Shown here: one piece after another, positions 8,913 to 18,400 of the stretch
How positions within the stretch are numbered: position 1 is the first letter of the stretch
How the letters are laid out: each line of letters starts with the position of its first letter
From: Patescibacteria group bacterium
GTDB taxonomy: Bacteria; Patescibacteriota; Gracilibacteria; UBA1369
Assembly: GCA_963169655.1 (NCBI GenBank)
Contig: CAUJCM010000002.1
Location: 1,426 to 65,425, forward strand
DNA: 64,000 bases
Reading direction: 5' to 3'
Made by a program: the position numbers and the translations under genes
Notes under the pieces: model-generated
Seen by the model: the letters and a program-made list of their open reading frames with translations, nothing else
Database searches by the model: none
Told to the model about the DNA's origin: nothing

Positions 8913-11639
8913 TTAAGTATTTTTTGGTTTAGCTACTAATTGACTCAAATATTTTTCTTTAATTTTAGCAATTGAAGAACGGATCGCTAATTTAGTTTTT
9001 TCAATTCCATCTTGAATTGGTGACTCTATTGCCTCATTTTGACTACTTGGTGTTTGCTCTTCATTATTGTCATTTGCTGGTTTTTGATCTAGCTCAAACC
9101 TAAATGGAGAATTGATCATATTATTAAAGATTGGACCTCCTTGTGGTACTACCTGTTTTTGTGGAGTAGTAGTTTGATATTGAGCAGGTTTTTGATCTTG
9201 AGTTACTGGGACAATATATTTTAAAGATTTATTTAAGTAATTATTATAACTATTTTCTTTTATACACCAAGCTTTATGCATAAAAGCTATGCCACTTCTA
9301 GCATCTTTATCTTTATATTTTATTCCAATATCCCTGATTCTTCTGCAAATATCTGTTTTAATTTCATTAAAATCATTATAAACAACCAATTTGGAAGGAT
9401 CTGTTTCTTGTTGCATTTGTCTTGCTGCTTCTTCAAAAGCTAATTTGAAAGTAGGAGCAGCAGTTTTCATTTGTTCTAAAACTGGATTTGATTTTGGATC
9501 TATATCTGGGGCATACCCAATAATATCTGGTGGGGCAACTAATTGAACTGGAGTTTGGAATAATTCAAAAAATTTTCTTGCCCCTAAATCAGCACCATTT
9601 TTCTCCCATTGACCAGTTTTTTTAAAATATTCTAAACTAGTTAATTGATTTTGGAAGAAACCTCTTACCCATTTATTGTCTATATCTTGTTTTAAGGCAT
9701 GCACTAAAAATGCCTCCATCATTACTAATCTTTTTTCAATATCAGTTTCTTTTCCTGTTAAAACAAATTTTCCTTTTGCCTTAGCAGCTTCAATTTCTTG
9801 ATTATCTTGTAAATAATCCACTTTTACCTGGCCAGCTATGTCTTTGATGGTGGCTACTAGACCTGAAGATTGCTTAATGGTAGCCAAATATTGATTATAA
9901 CCTGGAGCATCAAAATCCATTTTATAAATACCTTTTTCTCTTTTCTCAGATTGACTTTCTGTTTGTATTTCTTCTTTTACCTTATTATCTTGAGATTGAG
10001 TTTTAGTATCACTAGTTTTTGACTGTAATTCTAAATCTTTATTATTTGTAGCTAATTTATTGGATTGATTTGGAGCTTCAGTGGAGTCAGTATTAGACAC
10101 GGATTGATAAATTCTATAGCCACCAACTGCACCTCCTAATGATAAAGCGCCTAACAATGCAATTGTAGAAGCTCTTTTTCTTTTTTTATGAGTTATGTGA
10201 TTAGTTTCCTGTGTTAACAGTGTGGAATGATCTTTAGTTTTGAGATAATCACTTGGTTTTGGAAAATATTCAGGAAGTGGAGATAAGCCATCTTCTGAAT
10301 GATTAAGTTCTTGTTTAATTAAAGTTGGAGCAGGTGTTGAAATTTTATCCTGAACTTTAGGCTCTTTTTTTGTACTTGGAAGAGATGGTTCCTCTTGTTG
10401 CATAGAGGCAGAAGGTTGAACTACCTCTGCTTTTTCAATTTTTTCAACTTTTGCTATTTGTTCATCGGATATGTTAATAATAACTTTTGGAAATTTATGA
10501 TCACTAATTTTCTGTACAGGTAATTTGATGCCGGATTGACTTTCTTTCCTGTTTTGAGGCTTTTCCATAATTAAAGTACCTTGTCTTGTTTTTGGTAAAT
10601 GGCTAAACGCTTCTTCATCAGACAATTTTGTAGTAACCTTTAAATCTTTTTGTCCCTGAGGTAATGTAACGGCGTTTTGATTGTCATCTTTTGCTTTTTT
10701 CTCGATCTCATCTATTTTCTGCTCTGTAACTAAAATAGTTTCATCTTTATTAACTGATTCTGAATATTGATTTTGCTGATCAATACTCAACACTGTATCA
10801 CTATTTTCAACTGTTTTTTTAGAATCACTATGGGCTTTCACACCTGCCTTTAATGTTACTGGAACCTGTTCTATTATTTTTGTATCAGACAAGTCTTTTT
10901 CCATACCTTGACTGTGATTATTATCTTCTTTTTGAATATTTTGTTCTTGTGAAATAACTTGGTCGTCAATAGTTTTATCTTCATCTTGGATTTCAAAATG
11001 AGCTTTTTGAAAAGCTTCTGTAATTGCTGGAGATTGAGCAACATGATCAATTAAATCCCAAGGAACATTATTTTTTGGAATTTCTGGAACTTCAATTTCT
11101 TGCTCTGGCCTTAAATTATTTTTAACACCAACGTCACCAATACCAATTTGTGTCTTGGTATAAACGATATTTTCTTGTTGTTTTGAAGAATTTAAATTAG
11201 CTGTATTTTTATAAAGTTGAATTAATGTAAAATCATATTCATGCAAACTTTTAGAACCTTGATTATGTTTGGCTAATAATTCATTAAATTCATTGATTAA
11301 TCCTGCTTTGTCAAAAATAATTTTTACTTGCTGTATAGTTCTATACGCAGATTCCATAAAACTAACTGCTTCTGAACGATTTTTATCATTTAATCTAATT
11401 AAAGTTTCTAATGTTTTAACAATATTAGAAAATAAAGCATCTAAATAAGCATCTATTCTGTCAAAATCTTCCTCCTCAAACGCTTTAGATAGAAGTAATA
11501 ATCTTTGTGAAACCTTGTCTAGAATTTCTTTAACTTGACTATCTATATTTTCTCTTTGATAAACTTTTGCTAGAATATCGAAAGATTTTGAAATACTTGA
11601 TATTGTAGTTGTATCTAATTTGCTTTTAAACTGTTCCAT
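8913..11639 (-). CDS. Hypothetical 908-aa single-pass membrane protein
   Basis: Long ORF with ATG start. It has a helical N-terminal region, a low-complexity Gln/Lys/Glu-rich middle, one TM (IALLGALSLGGAVGGYRIY) and a roughly 400-aa C-terminal domain with no motif I recognise. Confidence 0.6.
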   Translation of the reverse strand: MEQFKSKLDTTTISSISKSFDILAKVYQRENIDSQVKEILDKVSQRLLLLSKAFEEEDFDRIDAYLDALFSNIVKTLETLIRLNDKNRSEAVSFMESAYRTIQQVKIIFDKAGLINEFNELLAKHNQGSKSLHEYDFTLIQLYKNTANLNSSKQQENIVYTKTQIGIGDVGVKNNLRPEQEIEVPEIPKNNVPWDLIDHVAQSPAITEAFQKAHFEIQDEDKTIDDQVISQEQNIQKEDNNHSQGMEKDLSDTKIIEQVPVTLKAGVKAHSDSKKTVENSDTVLSIDQQNQYSESVNKDETILVTEQKIDEIEKKAKDDNQNAVTLPQGQKDLKVTTKLSDEEAFSHLPKTRQGTLIMEKPQNRKESQSGIKLPVQKISDHKFPKVIINISDEQIAKVEKIEKAEVVQPSASMQQEEPSLPSTKKEPKVQDKISTPAPTLIKQELNHSEDGLSPLPEYFPKPSDYLKTKDHSTLLTQETNHITHKKRKRASTIALLGALSLGGAVGGYRIYQSVSNTDSTEAPNQSNKLATNNKDLELQSKTSDTKTQSQDNKVKEEIQTESQSEKREKGIYKMDFDAPGYNQYLATIKQSSGLVATIKDIAGQVKVDYLQDNQEIEAAKAKGKFVLTGKETDIEKRLVMMEAFLVHALKQDIDNKWVRGFFQNQLTSLEYFKKTGQWEKNGADLGARKFFELFQTPVQLVAPPDIIGYAPDIDPKSNPVLEQMKTAAPTFKLAFEEAARQMQQETDPSKLVVYNDFNEIKTDICRRIRDIGIKYKDKDARSGIAFMHKAWCIKENSYNNYLNKSLKYIVPVTQDQKPAQYQTTTPQKQVVPQGGPIFNNMINSPFRFELDQKPANDNNEEQTPSSQNEAIESPIQDGIEKTKLAIRSSIAKIKEKYLSQLVAKPKNT

Positions 11640-11686
11640 ATGGACTTTTTATAGAGAGCTTAATCTAAACAATTTATTTAAATATG

Positions 11687-13420
11687 TCAAGTTGTGGAAG
11701 GTTTGATGTCTATAACTTGTAATTGAATAGACTGATGTCCTTTCCAAGTATTGTTTTCTAAAGAAAAAACTATATCAAGATGCCTTAAATGAGTAATTTG
11801 GTCTATTAATTTACCTAATTTAAAAGCAATACAAGAATATCTATTACCAATTTCTGTTTTTACTAAAAAATGAAGATGATTTTGATCCTTTCCAACTAAT
11901 TTTGGATCTACGATTTCAATATTTTTTAACATAAAAAGTGGTTTTTCATTTTCAACTCCAAAAGGCTCCATTTGGCTAATTAACTTCATTAGCTGGTCTG
12001 AAATATCTTTGGAGTCCAGTAAAGCGTCAATTTTAATTGTTGGATGATTTTCTAGTCCGTTCAATTTATCTTTAGCAAATTGAGTCACTCTTTCAACAAA
12101 TGCTGAATATTTGTCTTTGCTAATACTAAAACCTGCTGCTTGCGCATGACCACCATAATGAATTAATAAATCTTTTACGCTGTTTAATACTTCAACAGCA
12201 TTTAATTCTGTGGTGCTTCGGAAAGATGCTACTAAATGTTCATCAAATTCTTGCAGAGCTATAGTTGGTAGATTTGTTTTTTCAACTACCCGACTGCAAA
12301 TCAATCCAAGAATACCAACATGCCAATCAGGGCTTGATGCAATAAAAATTTTATGGTCTTCTGCCCAATTGGCTACTTTTTCTTCTACTTCTAAAATAGC
12401 ATTTTTGACCATTTCTTGTCTTTCCTGATTAAGTCTTTCTAAATTTAATGCTTTAGACTTGCCTTCTTCAATGTCCCCTTGATGAAGCAACATCTGCAAA
12501 GCATAGTAAGGATGATCAATCCTACCTGCTGCATTGATCCTAGGACCAATTTTAAAACCAATATCATGTACTCCAAGCTTTTGACTTAAATCAATGCCTG
12601 CTGATTCCATTAAAAGTTGCAAACCTTCCCAATTAGAATTTTGCATTGCTTCTAGACCATATTTTACGATAACTCTATTTTCATCTAATAAAGGACCGAG
12701 ATCTGCAACTGTTCCAAGACTAGCCAAATCTAATAAAGAGTAAATCAGTTTATCTCTTTGTTCAGAGGGAAGTAGGCTTGTAATTAAAGCAGTAGCGAGT
12801 TTATAAGCTACTCCTGCACCAGTTAATCCTTTGAATGGATAATGACAATCCTCTTGTTTTGGATGTAAAATTGCATAAGCTTGGTCTGGAATTTGTTCTG
12901 GGATAGTGTGATGATCAGTAATAATTACATCAATACCAGCTTTTTTGGCAGCTTCAACTTGTTCTTTACAAGATATTCCACAATCAACAGTAATTAAAAC
13001 TTTGATACCTTTTTCCTTAAATTCATCAATAAATTTAATATTTAAACCATAACCATCCTTAACTCTGTGTGGTAAACGATATGACATATTGGCATTTAAA
13101 GCTTTCAAAGAGTTATACAAAACAGCCGTACCGCTTATTCCATCCACATCATAATCTCCAAAAACAATAATTCTTTCTTGATTTTTAATTGCAGTCACAA
13201 GCCTATTTACTGCTTTATCCATGTCCTTCATTAAAAAAGGATTATGAAAACTTCTTTTAAAAGATGGTGTTAAATAAGCATTAATATCTTGAGCATCAGT
13301 AATTCCTCGATTATGTAAAATATTATAGATAATATTTAAATTAGGATCTTGAGGTTGTAACTCCCATTGATTTCCTAATAAAGAATATGAATTTGAATTA
13401 ATATTTTGTGAACTACTCAT
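11687..13420 (-). CDS. recJ: Single-stranded-DNA-specific exonuclease RecJ
   Basis: DHH-family motifs GDYDVDGISG, DCG, ITDHH and GGHAQAAGF, with typical length. It has the only TGA stop seen in the window. Confidence 0.9.
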   Translation of the reverse strand: MSSSQNINSNSYSLLGNQWELQPQDPNLNIIYNILHNRGITDAQDINAYLTPSFKRSFHNPFLMKDMDKAVNRLVTAIKNQERIIVFGDYDVDGISGTAVLYNSLKALNANMSYRLPHRVKDGYGLNIKFIDEFKEKGIKVLITVDCGISCKEQVEAAKKAGIDVIITDHHTIPEQIPDQAYAILHPKQEDCHYPFKGLTGAGVAYKLATALITSLLPSEQRDKLIYSLLDLASLGTVADLGPLLDENRVIVKYGLEAMQNSNWEGLQLLMESAGIDLSQKLGVHDIGFKIGPRINAAGRIDHPYYALQMLLHQGDIEEGKSKALNLERLNQERQEMVKNAILEVEEKVANWAEDHKIFIASSPDWHVGILGLICSRVVEKTNLPTIALQEFDEHLVASFRSTTELNAVEVLNSVKDLLIHYGGHAQAAGFSISKDKYSAFVERVTQFAKDKLNGLENHPTIKIDALLDSKDISDQLMKLISQMEPFGVENEKPLFMLKNIEIVDPKLVGKDQNHLHFLVKTEIGNRYSCIAFKLGKLIDQITHLRHLDIVFSLENNTWKGHQSIQLQVIDIKPSTT

Positions 13421-13421
13421 T

Positions 13422-14411
13422 TTAAATTTCTAATACCTTTAATTGTTGTAAAATATTTTCTAAATCTTTTCCGATAATTGAATATACATTATTAAATTTC
13501 CTAAACCAAGTTAATTGTCTTTTAGCATAATTCCTCGTATTTTTCTTAAAGTTGATAAGTGCTTCTTCTTGTGTGGTTTTTCCATCTAAATAATCAGCCA
13601 ATTCCTGATAGCCTAAAGATGTTAATGATGGTAAATCACGAGCATATTTTGAAAGTAAAAATTTTACTTCATCAATCAAACCAGCTTTTATTTGTTGATC
13701 AATTCTAAGTTCAATTCTTTGATATAAATCTGGTCGAGGCCAATAGATTTGAATATATAAATTATGATAAGGTGAATTGTCTTGAGGATTAGTGATTTGC
13801 TTGTGTGAAGAGGTATTTTGCTTTTCAATAGCTCTGATTACATAACGCAAATTATTTGGATGAATAGTTTTTGCTAATTTTGGATTTTTAAGTAGTAAAA
13901 TTTCATAAACTACTAAATTCCCTTTTTCTTGAGCTAGTTTTTGATATTTTTCTCTTATTTTTATTTTTGGCTTAGCAGATGGTAAAAGATAATTTTCAGT
14001 AATTGAACTAATATATAAACCTGTTCCACCAACAAGTATGGGAATTAATTTTCGATTATTGAGATTTTGAATAACTTTTTGAGCTCCTTTTTGAAAATCA
14101 GATAAAGAAAAGGGCTGGTCAGGATCAAGTATATTAATAATATGGTGTTTTATATCTGTTAATTCTTTTTGGCTAGGTTTGGCAGTTCCAATATCCATAA
14201 AGTTGTAGACTTGTCTAGAATCAGCAGAAATAATTTCTGTGTTTAAGCTTTTTGCCAAAGCAATACTTAAGGAAGTTTTACCAGAAGCTGTAGGACCAAT
14301 AATAGAAATTAAAGGTATTTTAGATAATTTTTGTGCTTCTAATATGTGAGATTGAACTAAATTAAGTAGTTCTTTGGCACTATTTATTGATAACTGTGAA
14401 TTTAATTGCAT
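13422..14411 (-). CDS. miaA: tRNA dimethylallyltransferase MiaA
   Basis: P-loop GPTASGKTSLS, DSRQVY..MDIGTAKP and a conserved C-terminal QLTWFR. The stop lies 1 nt from the recJ start. Confidence 0.9.
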   Translation of the reverse strand: MQLNSQLSINSAKELLNLVQSHILEAQKLSKIPLISIIGPTASGKTSLSIALAKSLNTEIISADSRQVYNFMDIGTAKPSQKELTDIKHHIINILDPDQPFSLSDFQKGAQKVIQNLNNRKLIPILVGGTGLYISSITENYLLPSAKPKIKIREKYQKLAQEKGNLVVYEILLLKNPKLAKTIHPNNLRYVIRAIEKQNTSSHKQITNPQDNSPYHNLYIQIYWPRPDLYQRIELRIDQQIKAGLIDEVKFLLSKYARDLPSLTSLGYQELADYLDGKTTQEEALINFKKNTRNYAKRQLTWFRKFNNVYSIIGKDLENILQQLKVLEI

Positions 14412-14499
14412 ACTTTAAGTTATTGTTTGCACTTTAACAAAATGTTAATAAATTCTAAAATATAATTTTGTATAATTAGCGAAACCTTCAATAAAATTG

Positions 14500-14528
14500 T
14501 TGACAAGCCAAAGTTCACTTGTTAGATT
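14500..14528 (+). promoter_or_regulatory. Sigma70-type promoter of rplJL (TTGACA-N17-TAGATT)
   Basis: TTGACA at 14500-14505, a 17-nt spacer and TAGATT at 14523-14528, about 135 nt upstream of the rplJ ATG. Confidence 0.55.
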
Positions 14529-14532
14529 GTCC

Positions 14533-14640
14533 ACTGTCAAAGACAGTAGGTAGGCGCGGAGTGGTCGTGCCGTAAAAATCCTACCGAGACGCAAAATTCA
14601 TTTAGATATTTTAGCGTAACTCAACTGTCTTTAGATAATT
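14533..14640 (+). promoter_or_regulatory. Structured, GC-enriched rplJ 5' leader (L10-leader-like autoregulatory RNA candidate)
   Basis: Local hairpin actgtc-aaa-gacagt (14533-14547). Helix ggtagg (14549-54) pairs with cctacc (14580-85). An alternative long-range pairing joins aaagacagt (14539-47) to actgtcttt (14624-32). Confidence 0.5.
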
Positions 14641-14662
14641 GAGTATTTTAATAAAAATTAAC

Positions 14663-15253
14663 ATGGCAATTACAAAAGAGAAAAAGGGCCATATACTAAA
14701 AGATCTAGAAGAGAAATTTTCTAAAGCAAAATCAATTTATTTTGCAGAAAATAAGGGATTATCAGTACAAGATACAACAACACTTCGAAGGAAACTTAGA
14801 GAAAGTAATGTTGATTTTGTTGTAGCTAAAAAAACATTAATGAAATTGGCTGGTAAAAATCAAAATTTGCCTGAAATTACAGATGATGTTTTGACTGGAC
14901 CAATAGCAGCTGTTTTGGGTTATGACGAAGACACTTTAGTACCATCAAAAATAGTTAAAGATTTTGGTGATACAGTTGAAAAAAAGATTATATTAACTGG
15001 TGGTATTTTAGATGGAAAATTATTATCTCAAGCTGAAGCAATTGAACTTGCTTCTCTACCTTCAAAAGATCAATTAATTGCAAGATTGATTGGATCAATG
15101 AAATCTCCTCTTACTGGATTTTATATGGTTATCAAGGGATTATCGGAAAAAGCTCCTAAAGAAGAGGCTCAGGCTGACGCTCCTAAAGAAGAAGCTCAAG
15201 TTGATGCTCCTAAAGAAGAGGCTCAGGCTGACGCTCCTAAAGAAGAAAATTAA
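14663..15253 (+). CDS. rplJ: 50S ribosomal protein L10 with a C-terminal tandem-repeat extension
   Basis: MAITKEKK... matches typical L10 N termini, so the ATG at 14663 is preferred over the TTG at 14639. rplL lies immediately downstream. Confidence 0.9.
   Translation: MAITKEKKGHILKDLEEKFSKAKSIYFAENKGLSVQDTTTLRRKLRESNVDFVVAKKTLMKLAGKNQNLPEITDDVLTGPIAAVLGYDEDTLVPSKIVKDFGDTVEKKIILTGGILDGKLLSQAEAIELASLPSKDQLIARLIGSMKSPLTGFYMVIKGLSEKAPKEEAQADAPKEEAQVDAPKEEAQADAPKEEN
15152..15250 (+). repeat. In-frame 27-nt tandem repeat (3.7 copies) encoding APKEEAQ(A/V)D at the rplJ 3' end
   Basis: Copies at 15152-15178 and 15206-15232 are identical. The copy at 15179-15205 differs at four positions, three synonymous and one changing Ala to Val. 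A partial copy at 15233-15250 follows. Confidence 0.9.
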
Positions 15254-15295
15254 TCAATTACTAATAATTAATATATTTATTAACTTAATAATAAA

Positions 15296-15688
15296 ATGTC
15301 AGAAATCAATTTAAGTAAAGATGCTGAAAAGATCATGGAGTTAGTAGAAAATCTTTCAGTTATCGATTTATCCAACCTTGTAAAGGCAATGGAAGAAAAA
15401 TTTGGTGTTAGTGCTGCGGCTCCTGTAATGATGGCTGCTGGTGGTGCTGGTGCTGCTGGTGGTGCTGCAGAAGAATCATCAACTGTAAGTGTAGTTTTAG
15501 CTAGTGCTGGAGCTCAAAAAGTTGCAGTTATTAAAGTAGTCCGTGAGATTACTGGTTTAAATTTAATTGAAGCTAAAAATATTGTAGATGCTGCTCCAAA
15601 ACCTGTTAAAGAAGGTGTTGCTAGAGCTGAAGCAGAAGAAATGAAAGCAAAATTAGAAGAAGCAGGAGCTACTGTAGAATTAAAATAA
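15296..15688 (+). CDS. rplL: 50S ribosomal protein L7/L12
   Basis: Ala/Gly hinge, then a conserved C-terminal domain: [20 protein letters not shown]...[10 protein letters not shown]. Confidence 0.95.
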   Translation: MSEINLSKDAEKIMELVENLSVIDLSNLVKAMEEKFGVSAAAPVMMAAGGAGAAGGAAEESSTVSVVLASAGAQKVAVIKVVREITGLNLIEAKNIVDAAPKPVKEGVARAEAEEMKAKLEEAGATVELK

Positions 15689-15710
15689 TTCTCGTAGATT
15701 TTTATTTAAA

Positions 15711-15745
15711 AGAGGTTTTACTACCATAGGTAAAACCTTTTTTTG
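15711..15745 (+). terminator. Rho-independent terminator after rplL
   Basis: Stem aggttttac (15713-21) / gtaaaacct (15730-38) followed by a T-run. Confidence 0.75.
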
Positions 15746-15792
15746 TATATAATTGATTGCATATATAGACACTTTTAAAAAATCGTCTTTTG

Positions 15793-15801
15793 TGATAAAA
15801 T
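15793..15801 (+). promoter_or_regulatory. Extended -10 element (TGaTAAAAT) upstream of the pilus-associated operon
   Basis: TG-N-TAAAAT lies 26 nt upstream of the ATG at 15827. No good -35 element is present. Confidence 0.35.
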
Positions 15802-15826
15802 GATATGATTTATTAATAAATTATAT

Positions 15827-17692
15827 ATGGATAATCCAATTTCAGACGACAAAAATCCACTAAATGAGCTAAATAAAGATTTACAAAATGGCTCTAATAT
15901 CAATAAACCTGATGCAATTTCAATAAATTTTTCTCCTAAAATTCCAAATGGAGTTCAAACTTCTTCAACAGATAAAACAGAAGTACCTGTTAATAATCCA
16001 GTATCTTTGTCGGGCAAACAAACTCCTATTATATCTTTAAATTTAACAAAAGATGACTTAAATAAAGTAGGAGAAATTCCAGAAGTAAATAAAGATGAAA
16101 AATCAAATAAACAGGGATTTTTTAGCGGTCTTTTTGCTAAAAAAGCAAATAACAATACAAAACCTAGCTCGGCTTGGAATGGGGCTTTAGATGTGAAGAT
16201 AGATAAAAATAATGAAGAAAAACAAGCTATAGATAGTAAAGCTGAGGAAAAAAATGATAAAACTATTTTGACAAATACTACAGAAATTAAGGCTGAAAAA
16301 AAGAATGAAGATATGCCTGTATTAAAGTTAAATAATGAAAATGAAAAAGTGGATTTCTTTTCAAGTACTAATTTAAAAGAAAAAGCAGGGACTAGCAAGT
16401 TAATGGAGAATATCACTAGTCAAAAATCACTATTAGAACAACCTAAAATTGAAGACTTATTAGGAAAAAAATCTAAGATTTTAGAAAAATCTATTGAGCA
16501 AGAATCAATTTTTAATTTAAAAAAGAAGTTAAGATTTGCTCAAGCTATGACTGTTTTTATTTTAGTATTAATGGTTGGCGTTAATTCATTCCTTTATTAT
16601 GAGCTTAGTCCAGGAATGGATATTCTTGGATATATTCATTACAATTTTGATTCAAATTTAAGAAATGATCTATTTAATTTAAATCAAAGCTTAAAATCTG
16701 TTCAAACTGAATTTAATAAATATAATATTTTATCTGGTCAATTATATTTGGACCAATTTGGCTATGAAAGTACAAAATTTCTTGATGGAATTAGTCAATT
16801 AGAATCACCTGGTCTTGCTTCAAGTAAAAATATTGTACAAAGTCTGGTTTCTGAAGCAAAACTAAATATGCCAGTAATGTTAGAAGGAGCCAAAAATAAT
16901 TTATCTAAAAATATAGTAATTGAAACTTATTCTACTAGAGGTGAAGATAAATTAGATGAACTGGCTATACAAAGTGAGTTTCAAAGCATGTTAAAAGAAT
17001 CTATTAAAAAAGAAAAGAAAGACTTTATTGATTCAAACTCTCAAAGTGATTTAGTTATACCAAACACATCTCTAGTTTTCTTTGATAATGCTTATAATTT
17101 AGTTGGAAATACTAAATTTTTAAATAGCTTAAAGTCACGTACAGTTGATGCGTTCAAGATTGATGCCGATGATTATGAAAATAATCCTGATACTGTCGAA
17201 AGAGAAAAATTCAGAAAGTTTATAGATGATTTGTTAGCTTCAACTAAAGTAAATTTTGCAATAATTACTAATCTCAAAAATGAAAGAGTTGAATGGACAA
17301 ATGTTATTGATAGACTTGAACAAATTACAAATAAAGTAAATACCGATCATAATACTGGATTAAATCAATATAATAATAGTGTAATTATATTTAGTAATTT
17401 TGATCTTAATTCTAATTCAGGACATATTTCAATTAATGGCTCTAATACAACAAGTAGTGGAACTAATCGTGAAGTTATAACTTATTTAATTGAGGCTTTA
17501 GAAAGCTCAATTGAGTTTAAGAATGTATCTAATAGAAATTTTCCGTTATCAAAATCAACAAATAGTATGGGGCAAGAAATATATACAATGAATTTTAAGA
17601 TTGATTTAGATATTGAAAATGGAGCTTTCTCAAAATCAAATAAACCAATAGCTGACTTAAGTAGTAAACCAAAAGTAGCTGTTAAAAAATAA
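15827..17692 (+). CDS. Hypothetical 621-aa bitopic membrane protein, first gene of the pilus-machinery operon
   Basis: About 235 aa of low-complexity Lys/Asn/Glu-rich N-terminal region, one TM (AMTVFILVLMVGVNSFLYY) and a roughly 360-aa external domain. A role in the pilus alignment complex is inferred from position only. Confidence 0.6.
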   Translation: MDNPISDDKNPLNELNKDLQNGSNINKPDAISINFSPKIPNGVQTSSTDKTEVPVNNPVSLSGKQTPIISLNLTKDDLNKVGEIPEVNKDEKSNKQGFFSGLFAKKANNNTKPSSAWNGALDVKIDKNNEEKQAIDSKAEEKNDKTILTNTTEIKAEKKNEDMPVLKLNNENEKVDFFSSTNLKEKAGTSKLMENITSQKSLLEQPKIEDLLGKKSKILEKSIEQESIFNLKKKLRFAQAMTVFILVLMVGVNSFLYYELSPGMDILGYIHYNFDSNLRNDLFNLNQSLKSVQTEFNKYNILSGQLYLDQFGYESTKFLDGISQLESPGLASSKNIVQSLVSEAKLNMPVMLEGAKNNLSKNIVIETYSTRGEDKLDELAIQSEFQSMLKESIKKEKKDFIDSNSQSDLVIPNTSLVFFDNAYNLVGNTKFLNSLKSRTVDAFKIDADDYENNPDTVEREKFRKFIDDLLASTKVNFAIITNLKNERVEWTNVIDRLEQITNKVNTDHNTGLNQYNNSVIIFSNFDLNSNSGHISINGSNTTSSGTNREVITYLIEALESSIEFKNVSNRNFPLSKSTNSMGQEIYTMNFKIDLDIENGAFSKSNKPIADLSSKPKVAVKK

Positions 17693-17707
17693 TAAGATTA
17701 AAAAATT

Positions 17708-18400
17708 ATGGCTAATAATCAATTAATTACAAAAAGAAAATTAAAAAATAGCTTAGTGCAGTATTCGTTAATAATTGCACTAATCTTAGTAGCTGGAGGA
17801 TATTTGGGATTTACTCAATATACAGAATATCAATCTACAAGAATTGCTTTTGAGACTGGGAAAGAAACACTGGATCAACTGAAATCTTCTGCAGACAAAG
17901 CTAAAGTAGATTATATCAATTTAAAAAAAGAATTTGACCAATCAAATCTTGGTATTAATGATGCGATTGAACAAATATTGCCTCCTGAAGAAGATTTTAC
18001 AATTTTAGCTAGAGCATTAGATGATTATTTTTTAAATACCAAACCTACAAATCACCCAATGTTTTTAAGCGATTTAAAATTTAATAATCCAAGAATTGAT
18101 AATAAATTAGATTACACGATTTTACCTTTCACAATGAATATAAGTGGTGATGAAGAAGGTTTTAAAGAATTTTTAAAATATATCAATACTACTGGAGATA
18201 TTAATCAAAAAACTAGATTATTGAAAATTACAAATATTGGAATTTCTTTTCAAAAACAACCATCAAATGATTTGATGTCAGGTAATACTTCTAGCCCTTT
18301 ACCTAATTCCTTAACTAGTAATAGTAATTTAATTACGGCTAATGTGCAATTAGAAGCTTATTTCCAAAAGCCATTGGCTGATAATCTCAATACTAAATAA
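17708..18400 (+). CDS. PilO/PilN-like bitopic protein (topology-based call)
   Basis: Short basic N terminus, TM (LVQYSLIIALILVAGGYLGF), a coiled-coil segment and a globular domain. It overlaps pilB as TAATG. Confidence 0.45.
   Translation: MANNQLITKRKLKNSLVQYSLIIALILVAGGYLGFTQYTEYQSTRIAFETGKETLDQLKSSADKAKVDYINLKKEFDQSNLGINDAIEQILPPEEDFTILARALDDYFLNTKPTNHPMFLSDLKFNNPRIDNKLDYTILPFTMNISGDEEGFKEFLKYINTTGDINQKTRLLKITNIGISFQKQPSNDLMSGNTSSPLPNSLTSNSNLITANVQLEAYFQKPLADNLNTK

Noticed and set aside
11687-11692. Possible UGA reassignment (genetic code 4 or 25), as seen in some low-GC candidate phyla
   Set aside because: All conserved genes are full-length under the standard code, and a 5,845-codon ORF has no in-frame TGA. 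The only TGA stop (recJ) would add just three codons if read through. That case is uninformative, but the overall pattern fits code 11 with TGA avoidance.
14639-14662. Longer alternative starts offered by the ORF track (rplJ TTG 14639; recF ATG 53482; TTG 23738; TTG 25197; GTG 44307; ATG 45320; TTG 47143)
   Set aside because: Downstream ATGs give N termini matching family consensus (L10, RecF) or canonical signal peptides. They also reproduce the TAATG/TAAAATG coupling pattern used elsewhere in the window.
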